Source of the DNA: Proteromonas lacertae | Taxonomy: Eukaryota | Direction of reading: 5' to 3' | Assembly: GCA_002245135.1 (NCBI GenBank) | Contig: NGBS01001194.1 | Location: forward strand, 1 to 64,000 | Length of the DNA: 64,000 bases | Shown here: piece by piece, positions 22,181 through 33,835 of the stretch | How the letters are laid out: each line of letters starts with the position of its first letter | Numbering within the stretch: the stretch's first letter is position 1 | The notes under the pieces: model-generated | Database searches by the model: none | Seen by the model: only the letters and a program-made list of their open reading frames with translations | Told to the model about the DNA's origin: nothing | Translations under genes and position numbers: made by a program

Positions 22181-22552
22181 TATTATGATGTAGAACAGGT
22201 ATAGAAACAATAAATTAACACAAACAAATAGAATCAAACTTAATCGAAAATTAAATTGCGTAGATTTATTTAAAGAAGGCTAATATCATATAACATTTTT
22301 GAACAAGTAACTCGTCTAAATCCAATAAATCCCATTATTACTACATTATGCATGTTATTTGATATTAGATTCTTAATGAAGAATTGTTTATTAGTATTGT
22401 ATTTAAATAGAGAAAATAGATATGAAGAAGAGAATAATGACGATATAAAAGAATATTATTTTAAGTTTTATAGTTTGAGATAGTATATTTGGTAAAAAAT
22501 ATTCTAATAACAAAACGAGTTAATAATAATAATAATAACAATTCAATAGAAT

Positions 22553-25500
22553 CTAGAATAGAGATCCTATTGTTGTTGAAGCTACTGTTGATAATAGAAT
22601 CATTGATGGTTCTTGAATTATTATATCAATTATCATCGAAATTGTTGAACTCAATATCCACTCTCTTGATTGATCACTACTGAATTTTACTCCATATAAT
22701 AAATTAATATAAACCATTATTAGAATATATAAAAACACAAATGAATTTGCTAGAATAATTAATCCAGCTCTTATTCTTCTTTGTCTTTTCCAGTGTAAAT
22801 ATTCAATCTTTCTTTTATAATATACTTTTGCCACTCTTTGTTTCAATATACACTTTATCTTATCAACGGATTCTTTTGATATTGAATCATCTTTGTATTT
22901 CTTTGTTAATTCTTCAAATTCTAAATCAACTTCGATAACATTAAAATCCATGAATGAAAATCTAACTAAACAAACTAATTTCAAAAACAACAATACTAAA
23001 CTAATAACAAAATATATCATCCATAATGGACAATATTCTTTGAATTTATCTACTAATAATGATTGACAACCTATATGGTTATCACCTAAAGCCATTATCT
23101 TTGGAGCTGTACAATCTGTTGTATTATAATCATCGATTCCTTTATAACCACAACATTCTAAACTACTTTCTATATATTCATTTAAATCTTTCATTGCTCC
23201 TCCATTATAACAACTCTTCCAGATTGAATAAACTGTTGCAGAATCATTCATATAAAGAATATATAAGACTAATAAAGCAACAAAGAATAACAATATTATT
23301 ATATTCACTATTATTAGAATGAATAAGAATTTTCGTTTTCTTTCATTTGTTATTATTATACTTGAGATTGTTTCAGCTATGAATATCACATATATACAGA
23401 ATAAAGCGATTATTATATATCCAGGTGGTAAAATTATTATAAATGATATGAAGAAACATCCACTTATTCCATCAAATATAAAATCTAATAATGCTGAATA
23501 TAATCGACTTCTTCTCTTTTTTATTGTTTTCATTGATCTTTTCAATTTATTAAAAATTACTTTCAATGAAGAAACTGCTTTTCTTGCTGATTTTTTTGAG
23601 CTATAACCATTCGCATATTTAAATACATATGGAATTAATAAAGAAGCAGGTAACATAGACAAACATGAGATTATTGAAGTCATTGCTAATTGAGAAATAT
23701 TTTCAGCATCATTTCCAAAGAATAATGCACTCACTGCTGTTGAATTTCACCTATATCATTTAATAATTCGGGTAATTCTTTTCCAATCATTGATGATGAT
23801 GTTGTTGTTGTTGTTGATTGAAGATTTCTATAAGTTTCTTCTTTTCGATCTTTCCATTCATCTTTCAATAATAATGAAGAAGCTTTTATATAATTTGTTA
23901 AAGATTCATAAGATATTTCTGATGAATAATTCTCTTTCAATGAATTGATTGTAGATTTGATTATTGAAATTGTTGTTGATTTATTCTCGATTGAAAATTG
24001 ATCTGGTGGGTTTATCACTGATAATAATATTGATGATTGCTGATCAATTGCATCATATGTCAATACATTCTTATTTGATGATTCGATTAGATTTATCAAT
24101 AAGATCTTATTCAGATTTAATCGAATTTCATATTCTTTATCACTATATTCACATTTTTCACCAGCATAACCTTCAAAACATTTACATTTACTATGACAAT
24201 TTGGTTCATATTCTTTACATTCTTCTCGACTTAAAATACAGTCTCCTTGATTACTACATTTGACTCCAACTATTGTTCTATTTCTTGATAAATATTCTCC
24301 AGGACATAGTTTTTTTACTGATTCACAGATTATATAACATTCTTTTATATCTACACTTTCACCAATACATCCTAATCCATTTCCAGATGGTTTAGGATTT
24401 GTACAATTTCGACTTCTTTTTGAAATTCCATATTTTCTTCTTCCATCATATATTTCACATGATGAACTACAATTACTCCAATCACTCCATTTACTCCAAC
24501 CACCATCAACATCTTCACATTCAACTCCATCTTCACCAAAACAAGTTTCATATTCCATTTCCATATTACATTCTCTTCCTCCATTGTCTGGTTTGGGATT
24601 ATTACATTCTCGCCATTTTGCTTTTAAACCTAATCCACATTGATGATCACATTCTCCATAACTATAACTCAAACTCAAGCCACCATCAATCGCTATTCGA
24701 TTCTCACATAACTCACCATAGAATCCTTCCAAACATTGACAATGACCATTTAAACATTCTGCACCATTTTCACATTCAATATTTTTCATTTCTCAATTCT
24801 TCTGTTATATTGTTCAATTCATCAGTTATATTTGCTAAATCATCTACTTGTAATGGAGGTGAATATATTTGTAATTCTTCACCATTCTTATCTAATGTTG
24901 TATTGGCTGTTTTTCCATATTTATCTTTAACAAATACAATTGGAGTGAGAGTATAATTATATTGTTTAGATCCTAATGGTAATGGTCCAAAATAGTAATT
25001 AGCTAATCCAAACACAGCTTATAAATAATATGTTGAATTATCCACAATTACACCAAATCTATATCTAAATGAATCTGCTTCTTTCCAACCAATTGTGGAT
25101 ATTAATATATTTTCACCTATATCATACTCTGTTGCTGATGAATAAAATAACCATATAATGGACCTTCATTAATTCGAAATTCATATTCAGCTTTTACTCT
25201 AATATTGTTATAAGTTACTTCTAGAATTATCTTATGTTTGATTGAAGGATTCAAATTTTCGCAATTAACATAAACTTTATCTGTATCAGTTTTATATAAA
25301 AATGGATTTACTTTTTTATCGTTTGAATATATCCACTGGTATTTCATATTATTATCATTAATTGAAGTTATACCAATTAATTTAAACATATCATCTGGAT
25401 TGTACATTGTAGAATTTGCTTTGGGATTTTGAATTGACAGATAAAATGGTAATTCTATAACCTCTCTAATATAAGTCTTTGATAAATGAAGTGTAGCGCC

Positions 25501-26670
25501 ATCTGAAACATTTACTTGTAACAGGTAGTCTCCAATAATAAATCAATGGTCTACTTGATAATACTCCTCAACCACCATAAATTATTACATCATTACATGG
25601 AGATATAGTAGAGGGTAATAATATCACTGAATAATAAAATGGATCAACTGATCCATCAACTGTAATAACTCCTTCACATCCTTTGATATGATTTTTACTA
25701 CTCTTTAGTATATTTGGAATAAAATGCAATTCTTCATTTGACTTTAATGTTATTGGGTTTCTTAGTTTCTTTGTTATGATGTTTGGTGAAGATAAATAGC
25801 ACATTGACAACAGACCAAATGTATTATCACTGAATATTTCATTACATTTTCTTCCATTTATATCAATTCCATCTTTTACATCTACATTAAATTCAATTTC
25901 AATTTCACTATCTAATGTTTGATTACATGAAATATCACTATCTAAATCTGGGAATATATAACCTTCTTTAACTGTTACTTTGGGTGAATATGATAATTCT
26001 TCAGTTGTTGAATTATAATATATCAATATATCAATTACTGTTGATGAATCAAAAGTAAGCAAATCTGTTTCATTCATTACAAATGATTTATTAACTTCAA
26101 TGCCTTTCATATAACATTTTCTATCAAATTCTAATATTAATATATAATCTGAATCAATCTAGGAGCAGAAATACCATCAAATGATAATTCAGATGTTATA
26201 TTTCTATCAGTATCTTTTGGAGAAATACTCATTAGATAATAGTTACATAACTCAATTATGGATGGTACAACAGTGAAATACTCTTCATCATACACAGGAA
26301 TAACCATTGCTGGATATGCTACTTCATCAGAATAACTCAAAAGATTTAATCCAATATCTTTTATTTCATATTTTGTATTAACAAACTCTATCTTTTGTGG
26401 TGGTAGATCCAATGAAATCTCAGAATATCTTAATTCAACTGCATCTTCTGTACATCTATTCCAATGATATTCGTTGTTATAATACACCATTTTCATTTGT
26501 TTCATTTATAACAACTTCATCACCATCAATATTTACTTCATAATTACATAATTCAATATTCTCATATAAATTGTAGTAATCTCTTTCTTTATAGTATTCT
26601 ATTAAACATGATTGTATGAATTTCTACAAATAATAAACCATGTACCATGAAATAAATAAAGAAGAAATCT
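22553..26670 (-). pseudogene. Decayed REJ/PKD-like membrane protein with EGF and thrombospondin type-1 modules, multi-TM C-terminus with a tetraspanin-like loop
   Basis: TSP1 motifs DGGWSKWSDWSNCS..C..RSRNCTNPKP, EGF-like Cys patterns, REJ-like segments, LECCGY loop and LLYGVKFS..QSREW. Broken by an in-frame TGA (25568-25570), frameshifts of both signs and apparent internal deletions. Confidence 0.7.
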
Positions 26671-26826
26671 CAAGCTTTTATTATCGGCTTGAAATTGTTT
26701 TTCTTTATTTTATTATCAGTTTATAATATTATTCACTCAAATTATGTATAAATGAAATAGTAAACGCAAAATGTATATATATTGGTATAATTTCTATAAT
26801 AAGACATAATAAGAGTAATTATCACT

Positions 26827-29800
26827 TTAGGAAGTTCCTATAGTATGTTGACAAGCTTCACCATAATAACCATCAAAACATTTACAACTTCCATCATTAT
26901 AATCACATAAACCATGATTACTACAATCTCTCTCAAGATTTGTACTTGGACATTCTTTTAATGAACAATCAGCTCCTCTATATCCACTATCACATAAACA
27001 ACCATATATCTTATTATTTCCAAATCCACTATAATCAACTACTTTGGGAGTTAATTCTATATCACTTATACATCTTCCATGATTATTACAGTTATTTGGA
27101 CAAATCATTCTTTCACAAGCTGAACCAGTAAATCCATTATAACAATTACATACACCACTTTCTCTATCACATGTTCCAACACCACTACATTCCATTAAAT
27201 CATGATTACCACTAGTTATAAGTTTTAATGTAATTCTTTTACCATTATTTGCTGTATTAATTGTTTGATCAGCTTCATTTGTTATAATTAATCCAATATT
27301 ATTATTACTCTGTAATAGTCTTTCATTATTTAATAATAAACGAGGATTATTACATTCAACATCTCTTTTTATTCCTAATATTGTTACAGTATAACTATCA
27401 CTTATTCTTAATTTACTTCCTATTGTTAATCTATTGTACAAATCTCTTTCATTTTTATCATCTCCTATTTCAATTACCAACATATGATTTTTAGTCCAAC
27501 AATTTATATTATTATTATATTTTATATTTATGGCTATATTTCCATCATCTAATACACTACTACCTTTTCCCTCCTCAATTGTAACATCAGTTATTAATAT
27601 ATTTTTGCCATTTTGAGTTGTAACTCTCTTTTCAAATAATTCACTATTCTCTTTTTTAATATTTTCTCCATTTCCATCAACTAATACATAACATTCTGAA
27701 CCAACTTTAAATTCAAAATTCTCTGGAATATTTTCTTTTGGAGTTAAAATAATATCTTCAGAAGAATCAGAATCATCATAGGTAAATTTAATTGGTGTTA
27801 ATACATTCTTATTATCACCATCTTTACCATTCGGACACATCAATTCTACTTCTTTTACTGTCAATTCTCTTAATCTTAATATCATTGAACTTCTCAATAT
27901 TTCACCAATTCCACTCCATTTTAATGTACAATACTGTAAACTATCACTTCTACATGTTGCTGGAACTACTGGAGGATTCTTCAAACTCATATCTTTACTT
28001 ATACTTTCTACTTCAGTATCAAATAAATCAATACTTAAATCTTCATCATTTATATCCATCTTTCCACTTTGGATATTATATTTGATTATTGTTTCACCAT
28101 TCGCCTTTTTACCTATCACTTCGATTGTTCCTACATATTCACCACTTTCTTTATCATAACATTTCAATATTCCACCACTTTTAGGTATTTCAGCAGGTAT
28201 TGATTCTGGTTCAACAGTTTCGACTTTCTTTTCAGATGTTTCTACTTTTTGACCATTTGGATTATCGATTAATATTCCATTCTTTTTACCATATTCAGAT
28301 TGAGATAATGTAACAGTATTACCATCTGGTTTAGCTAATAAATTACATTTATCTGTATAATATGGAACTACATCACTATTTTCAGCTATTTTAAATATCT
28401 CTTTATTACTATCTGGAGGATTAACAGGATTTATTGTGTAATTATATAAATGTAATTCTTTCTTTGAATTTGAACAAATGAATTGATATACTTTAGCTGG
28501 TGATGAAGCAAATGATGTGAATATTGTAGGTAAATCATTCATAGCTATATCACAAGAAGCAACATTGTCTGCTATAGTACATTCTTTTCCTAATGTTATT
28601 TCAAATAACAATGATAAATCTGAATAATTTCCACTTTCACTACATTGATAATCAGCTGGTTTAGGCGGATTACTTTCAATCCATGAATAATAGATGTAAT
28701 AACCATCCGCTGTTGTAGATTGAGATAATACATAAGCTTCACCTAAATGTTTTGATGTCTTTTTATCTACACAATCTAATATTTTTATTTCATTATCATT
28801 TAATGTATATTTAACATTCTTTACTTTATATACATTTCCAAATGGAGTTACAATGGGGGTAGATGGATCTTTTATTGCTGGATCAGGTGGGAATGTTTGA
28901 TCAGCATCACCACTTAATCCAAATTTTACACCAACATCACTCTTTACTATTTCTTCTTTTTCAGTAATTGGAGTTCCATCAAATTTTGATAATAAATAAC
29001 AAGTATTGTCTACTGCAATTGTTAAAGTAAAATCTAAGTTTTCTGTAGATCTTTCTGTAGTACCATATGCAACTGTTGTAATTCCTACATAACTAACAAC
29101 TTTTTCTTTTATACACACAAATTTCCCTGTTTTAATATTATCTACGTTGAATTTCAATTTATCTAATATTGTTTTTATATTTTCCCATGTTATTGTATTT
29201 TCTGTTGTAACTTCAATTGGATTGAATAATGATAAATCATTAAATGGAGTTGATTCTTGACAATTATATTTATAAAAACCATCAACTGTTAATCCATCTC
29301 CTAATTTCACTTTATATTTTTCTTCATCTTTTTCATATACAGTTATTTCGCCTAAATCACCTTTTGGATTATAACATTTCATTGTTCCTGCTTTATAATT
29401 AAAACCTAAATTATAAGCATAATGTATTTCTGAACTAACTTCTACTGATGATATATATGGTAATTTACTTAAATCACTATTAGCTAATGATAATTTACTA
29501 CCATCACTATTTAATAATATATAACATTTCTTCAATTCATTAAAATCATATTTTTGATCTTTCTTTATATATAATACAATATCATCATTCTTTATATCAG
29601 CTGGAGCAGGAGTAGCTGTATTACCGCTTTCAGCAATATTAGTGGTAAATATCATTTGTTTTATTTCACTACCAACTTCACATCCAACATTAAATTCTAC
29701 ATCCTTACTAAAATCAATTCCATAACTTGATAATAATGGTTTAATACCAGTAAATTGATAATAACATTCAGTTAAAGAACTACACTTAGCAGGAGTATCT

Positions 29801-32800
29801 GATGTTAATAATAATGATAAATCATTATATAATTTATATGATTTACAATTATAATCTTCTGGAGTTGGATCTTCTGCAAGTTGTCCATCTTTAGAAGTTA
29901 CTCCTTTTCCTACATATTCTTTTCCATCTTTATCAGTATAACTCACTAAATTAATATATTCTTCACCTTTTACTTTACCATAATAAATTGCATCACCAAC
30001 ATATTCATTCGCATATTTATTATAACATTTATTTATTCCTAATCCATAATTAATATTTGTTACTTTCCATATACTCTTACCATTAAATGTAGTAAATACA
30101 TTATTCTGTAATAATGATATTATTTCACTATCTTTAAGACTATCAATCTTATTTCCTTCTAAATCAACTAATAATGAACATTTAGAACTAGTAACTGGAA
30201 AATCTGTATTTTTATCATCTCTATCAAAGATTAAACCTGAACTATCACCCTTAAATACATATGAAAATATTTTCAATGTATTATCAGTTTGTGAATAGCA
30301 TACAAATGATACTGCTTTATCAGCTTCATCTAATTTTATTCCTAAATCATTTAATATATCTTTATATTCTTTTGGTAATGTTATTTGACATTTCTTATTA
30401 TCATCAGTAGTATCACATGTTGTTGGACCAGTTACTTTTATTAATGATGATGTGTCTTTATATGGAATGAATGGTTTACAACTGTATAAATCAGGTGTTG
30501 GTGATGTAATATCAACACCTTTATCATCAGTATATCTTATATAATAACTATCAATTAATGTTTCACTTTTTATCTTACCATAATTATAAGCAATTATTGT
30601 ATCTTTACCTTTTGAACACACTGAATATCCAATTGAAGTTGGTGTTGGTATAAATCTTCTCACTTTAAATATATTATCAACTAATGCAGTTTTACTCATC
30701 AATGTTGGTGGCAATTTTGCTTCAGCTGGTGGATTTAATATATATTCACTATTAATATCATTAACTGAACCACTAAAATCAGATAATAAATTACAAACAT
30801 GACCAACTAATGGAAATGAATCACTGTTTGCTGGTAAAGAGAAAGTCAAATATGATGGATCATTAGAATCTAATTTATTTCCATTATATTCATAATATGT
30901 TACTTTCTTTGCTTTATTCATACAAGCAAACTTCAAAGTAGGATCAGATTCTTCTTTTTTCCTTAAATTTGTCAATAATGCAGTTCCAGTTTTTCCCTTT
31001 TCTAAAGTCACTTTATTCAATAATTCTCCCATTCCTTTCCATATTATATTACATTTTCCACTATAACATTCACCAACTCCACTTGAACCTTGACCTTTAA
31101 TTACACTAGAATAATATAAAGATAAATCTTTATAATTAGATTTCAATTTACAATCATAACTATTGATTGAAGGGATTGAATTTTCATTGATAAAATCAAA
31201 TAATATCATATATCCATTTCCACTTTTACCCATCACATATCCATTTCCTTCATTACTTCCATATTTACAACTTATTACTCCTACATATACATCAATTCCA
31301 TCAGGTATTATATTGATATTATTTACTTCATATACTTTATGATTTATTTTTCCAATATCAACTTCTATACTTTTTGATGGTTTATAGATATAATTTGATA
31401 ATGATTTACCATAATCACTTTTAGTTAAACTCTCCAAATCAGCATCATCTAATCTTCTACCTCTTCTTGGTGGCGTATTTTCAGTATAAGATATAATATG
31501 ACAAATATCATTATTAGATGGAACATATGTTGCTGTTTTATCTATTGTGAATGTAATATCTGAAGATCCATCTGCAGGATCTTTAACTTCATTTGCAGGA
31601 GCAGGAGGAGCAGGAGGAGCAGGAGCAGTGTATGTATAACTATACACTTCTATTGAATCACCTCTTGAACATGCTATTTTGACATTATAATTATTAGATG
31701 AATCAAATTTTGGATTTAAGAAATAACTTATGGATGTTAGTTTTAAATCACATTCTGCTGGAGTAGTAACTTCATCTTTAGCGTTTTGAGGTTTACAATT
31801 ATTTGATTTTGTTAATTCATATAATGATAAATCAGTTGTTTGATGGATTAATTCACATTTATATTCTCCACTTCCTATCTTGTTTTTGTTATATTTTACA
31901 TAATATTTATTCAACTTCATATCATCTGTAATAGCTATTTTCTGTAATACTTGTATTTGTACTACATTATTATTTTCATTTGTACATTCAACTAATGCAC
32001 CACTTCCACCAACATTAAATGTTACATTCTCTAATATATAAATATTGTTGGTATTTCCTACTTTTGTACCAGGTAAATAAACAATACTATTCTCATCAAA
32101 ATATTTATATTTACCAGTTTCACCAGTTAATATTAAATGTTTAGCAACAAATGATACCGCATTAGTAGCTTCATCTATTGAAGTTATTACTGCACCTTTA
32201 TTCATAATTATATAACAAATATCATCTTTAATAGGATTTGATGGTTCAGCTAAATTACGTCTAGAAGTAGGAGGTTTAATAGTAAATACTCCTGTATCTA
32301 CAGCATAAGTATATTCATATGTAGTAAATTCATAACTCTTGGGATTATAACATCCTAATATAACAGCATTATCATTAGTTATTGTAATTACATCTTTAAC
32401 TCCTAAATTGGTTATTTTACCAGTATCATCTTCTACTTTCATTGGAAATAACGAGGTTACTTCGGAGTATTCTTCAATTATTTCACATTTTAAATCATAA
32501 GTATCAATACCATCTAATTCAAAATCATATACAACTTTTGAAATCTTCTTTGAACTATCAATTTCCAATAAATATGCTTTACCAATCAATTCATTTGTAT
32601 ATTTATTAAAACAATTCAAAGATGCATATCCAGCAGTTGGAGTAGGTTCAAAGTTATATATTTCATATAATTTCTTCTTGTCAATTATCACAATATCTTT
32701 ACCATTATTCAATTGTAATGAATTAATTTGTGAAATATCTAATGTATTATCTACTGATGTCTTTTTACCTAAATAATAACACATTAAACCAGCAGTTAGA

Positions 32801-33639
32801 GAATTATCACCAGTTAAATCAAATTCAAATACAATATCAGTTGCTTGTAATGATCTTCTTGGTGATGGTGATGCTTTAGTTTTATAAACTTTCAAACCAT
32901 TAGTATAATCACCACAAGCAAAATTCACTTCAGCAGTTTCAACGCTTATCTTAACATTATCTAATATTTCTTTCATTCCAGCCCAAGTTATTTTATTTTC
33001 TTCAGATATTACTGGATTGATTAAACTCAAATCATTATAACTGAAAGAAACATAACAATCATATTTTGTAAATATTAATGATGCATCTTCACCTTCTTCT
33101 TTCATTCCATCACCTATTTTCATTACATAACCATTATCATTCTTACCAATCACTTTGATTTTACCAACAAATTCACCTAATTCATTTTTACAAACTAACT
33201 CACCTTTACCATCTTTTAATAATGGATATTCTATTCCATTTATTGTATAATAACCTTTCAACGAAGTTTCTTTTGATGTAACAGCAAGAATACGAGTTGT
33301 GGTTGAATTTGAGGATGAAAAAACACTTTCGCATTTGTCATCTACACCACATTTACCATTATTTAAACTCTTTAATAATCTACCTCCGTTCTTACTGTTG
33401 GAACTTCCATCAGGTAAAGCGACTTTGGAAAAACTATTGAATGTAGAACCAAGCGGACAAGCTTTCAATGAACAATCTGCACCATAATAGATGTAGTTGT
33501 CACCTCCACCTGAACCACTTACACTTCCTTTGTTACAATCACACACACCATCAGCTCCACAGGTGCCATGACCACTACATTGATTGGGACAACCGCTCAA
33601 TACTAAATTCATCAACAATAACCACGCTAAAAATCTCAT
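26827..33639 (-). CDS. Giant secreted tenascin-type EGF / mastigoneme (Sig1/OCM-like) protein with a long internal repeat region, about 2270 aa
   Basis: Signal peptide MRFLAWLLLMNLVLSG. N-terminal CPNQCSGHGTC...GADCSLKACP. C-terminal ECSGVGTCDRESGVCNC..FTGSACER..CPNNCNNHGRC...CSNHGLCD. Intronless open frame. Confidence 0.8.
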   Translation of the reverse strand: MRFLAWLLLMNLVLSGCPNQCSGHGTCGADGVCDCNKGSVSGSGGGDNYIYYGADCSLKACPLGSTFNSFSKVALPDGSSNSKNGGRLLKSLNNGKCGVDDKCESVFSSSNSTTTRILAVTSKETSLKGYYTINGIEYPLLKDGKGELVCKNELGEFVGKIKVIGKNDNGYVMKIGDGMKEEGEDASLIFTKYDCYVSFSYNDLSLINPVISEENKITWAGMKEILDNVKISVETAEVNFACGDYTNGLKVYKTKASPSPRRSLQATDIVFEFDLTGDNSLTAGLMCYYLGKKTSVDNTLDISQINSLQLNNGKDIVIIDKKKLYEIYNFEPTPTAGYASLNCFNKYTNELIGKAYLLEIDSSKKISKVVYDFELDGIDTYDLKCEIIEEYSEVTSLFPMKVEDDTGKITNLGVKDVITITNDNAVILGCYNPKSYEFTTYEYTYAVDTGVFTIKPPTSRRNLAEPSNPIKDDICYIIMNKGAVITSIDEATNAVSFVAKHLILTGETGKYKYFDENSIVYLPGTKVGNTNNIYILENVTFNVGGSGALVECTNENNNVVQIQVLQKIAITDDMKLNKYYVKYNKNKIGSGEYKCELIHQTTDLSLYELTKSNNCKPQNAKDEVTTPAECDLKLTSISYFLNPKFDSSNNYNVKIACSRGDSIEVYSYTYTAPAPPAPPAPANEVKDPADGSSDITFTIDKTATYVPSNNDICHIISYTENTPPRRGRRLDDADLESLTKSDYGKSLSNYIYKPSKSIEVDIGKINHKVYEVNNINIIPDGIDVYVGVISCKYGSNEGNGYVMGKSGNGYMILFDFINENSIPSINSYDCKLKSNYKDLSLYYSSVIKGQGSSGVGECYSGKCNIIWKGMGELLNKVTLEKGKTGTALLTNLRKKEESDPTLKFACMNKAKKVTYYEYNGNKLDSNDPSYLTFSLPANSDSFPLVGHVCNLLSDFSGSVNDINSEYILNPPAEAKLPPTLMSKTALVDNIFKVRRFIPTPTSIGYSVCSKGKDTIIAYNYGKIKSETLIDSYYIRYTDDKGVDITSPTPDLYSCKPFIPYKDTSSLIKVTGPTTCDTTDDNKKCQITLPKEYKDILNDLGIKLDEADKAVSFVCYSQTDNTLKIFSYVFKGDSSGLIFDRDDKNTDFPVTSSKCSLLVDLEGNKIDSLKDSEIISLLQNNVFTTFNGKSIWKVTNINYGLGINKCYNKYANEYVGDAIYYGKVKGEEYINLVSYTDKDGKEYVGKGVTSKDGQLAEDPTPEDYNCKSYKLYNDLSLLLTSDTPAKCSSLTECYYQFTGIKPLLSSYGIDFSKDVEFNVGCEVGSEIKQMIFTTNIAESGNTATPAPADIKNDDIVLYIKKDQKYDFNELKKCYILLNSDGSKLSLANSDLSKLPYISSVEVSSEIHYAYNLGFNYKAGTMKCYNPKGDLGEITVYEKDEEKYKVKLGDGLTVDGFYKYNCQESTPFNDLSLFNPIEVTTENTITWENIKTILDKLKFNVDNIKTGKFVCIKEKVVSYVGITTVAYGTTERSTENLDFTLTIAVDNTCYLLSKFDGTPITEKEEIVKSDVGVKFGLSGDADQTFPPDPAIKDPSTPIVTPFGNVYKVKNVKYTLNDNEIKILDCVDKKTSKHLGEAYVLSQSTTADGYYIYYSWIESNPPKPADYQCSESGNYSDLSLLFEITLGKECTIADNVASCDIAMNDLPTIFTSFASSPAKVYQFICSNSKKELHLYNYTINPVNPPDSNKEIFKIAENSDVVPYYTDKCNLLAKPDGNTVTLSQSEYGKKNGILIDNPNGQKVETSEKKVETVEPESIPAEIPKSGGILKCYDKESGEYVGTIEVIGKKANGETIIKYNIQSGKMDINDEDLSIDLFDTEVESISKDMSLKNPPVVPATCRSDSLQYCTLKWSGIGEILRSSMILRLRELTVKEVELMCPNGKDGDNKNVLTPIKFTYDDSDSSEDIILTPKENIPENFEFKVGSECYVLVDGNGENIKKENSELFEKRVTTQNGKNILITDVTIEEGKGSSVLDDGNIAINIKYNNNINCWTKNHMLVIEIGDDKNERDLYNRLTIGSKLRISDSYTVTILGIKRDVECNNPRLLLNNERLLQSNNNIGLIITNEADQTINTANNGKRITLKLITSGNHDLMECSGVGTCDRESGVCNCYNGFTGSACERMICPNNCNNHGRCISDIELTPKVVDYSGFGNNKIYGCLCDSGYRGADCSLKECPSTNLERDCSNHGLCDYNDGSCKCFDGYYGEACQHTIGTS

Positions 33640-33835
33640 TTTCTTTTTTAGATATTTTTGTATAGTGATTATTGAATGATTGATAATCAAATTATTTTAT
33701 CAAGCCAAACTATTATTTTCATTATTATTTGTTTTTAATGAGATATGAATGAAATTGAACAACAAAATACATCAAAATTGTATAAACAAATCAAAAATAA
33801 GTCAAAAACTGAAAATAAGACATATTATTAATTAA

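Larger units (their letters stand above)
21189..22277. repeat. Right arm of the 5S rDNA palindrome
   Basis: Near-perfect reverse complement of 19730-20815, with a spacer of about 370 bp. Confidence 0.95.

Noticed and set aside
19767..22237. Two identical 65-aa ORFs (19767-19964 and 22040-22237)
   Set aside because: They are antisense readings of the 5S genes and their T-rich terminators.
16206..25570. Stop-codon reassignment suggested by in-frame TAA, TAG and TGA
   Set aside because: All three stops end intact genes, long ORFs contain none, and the in-frame stops are in otherwise decayed sequences.
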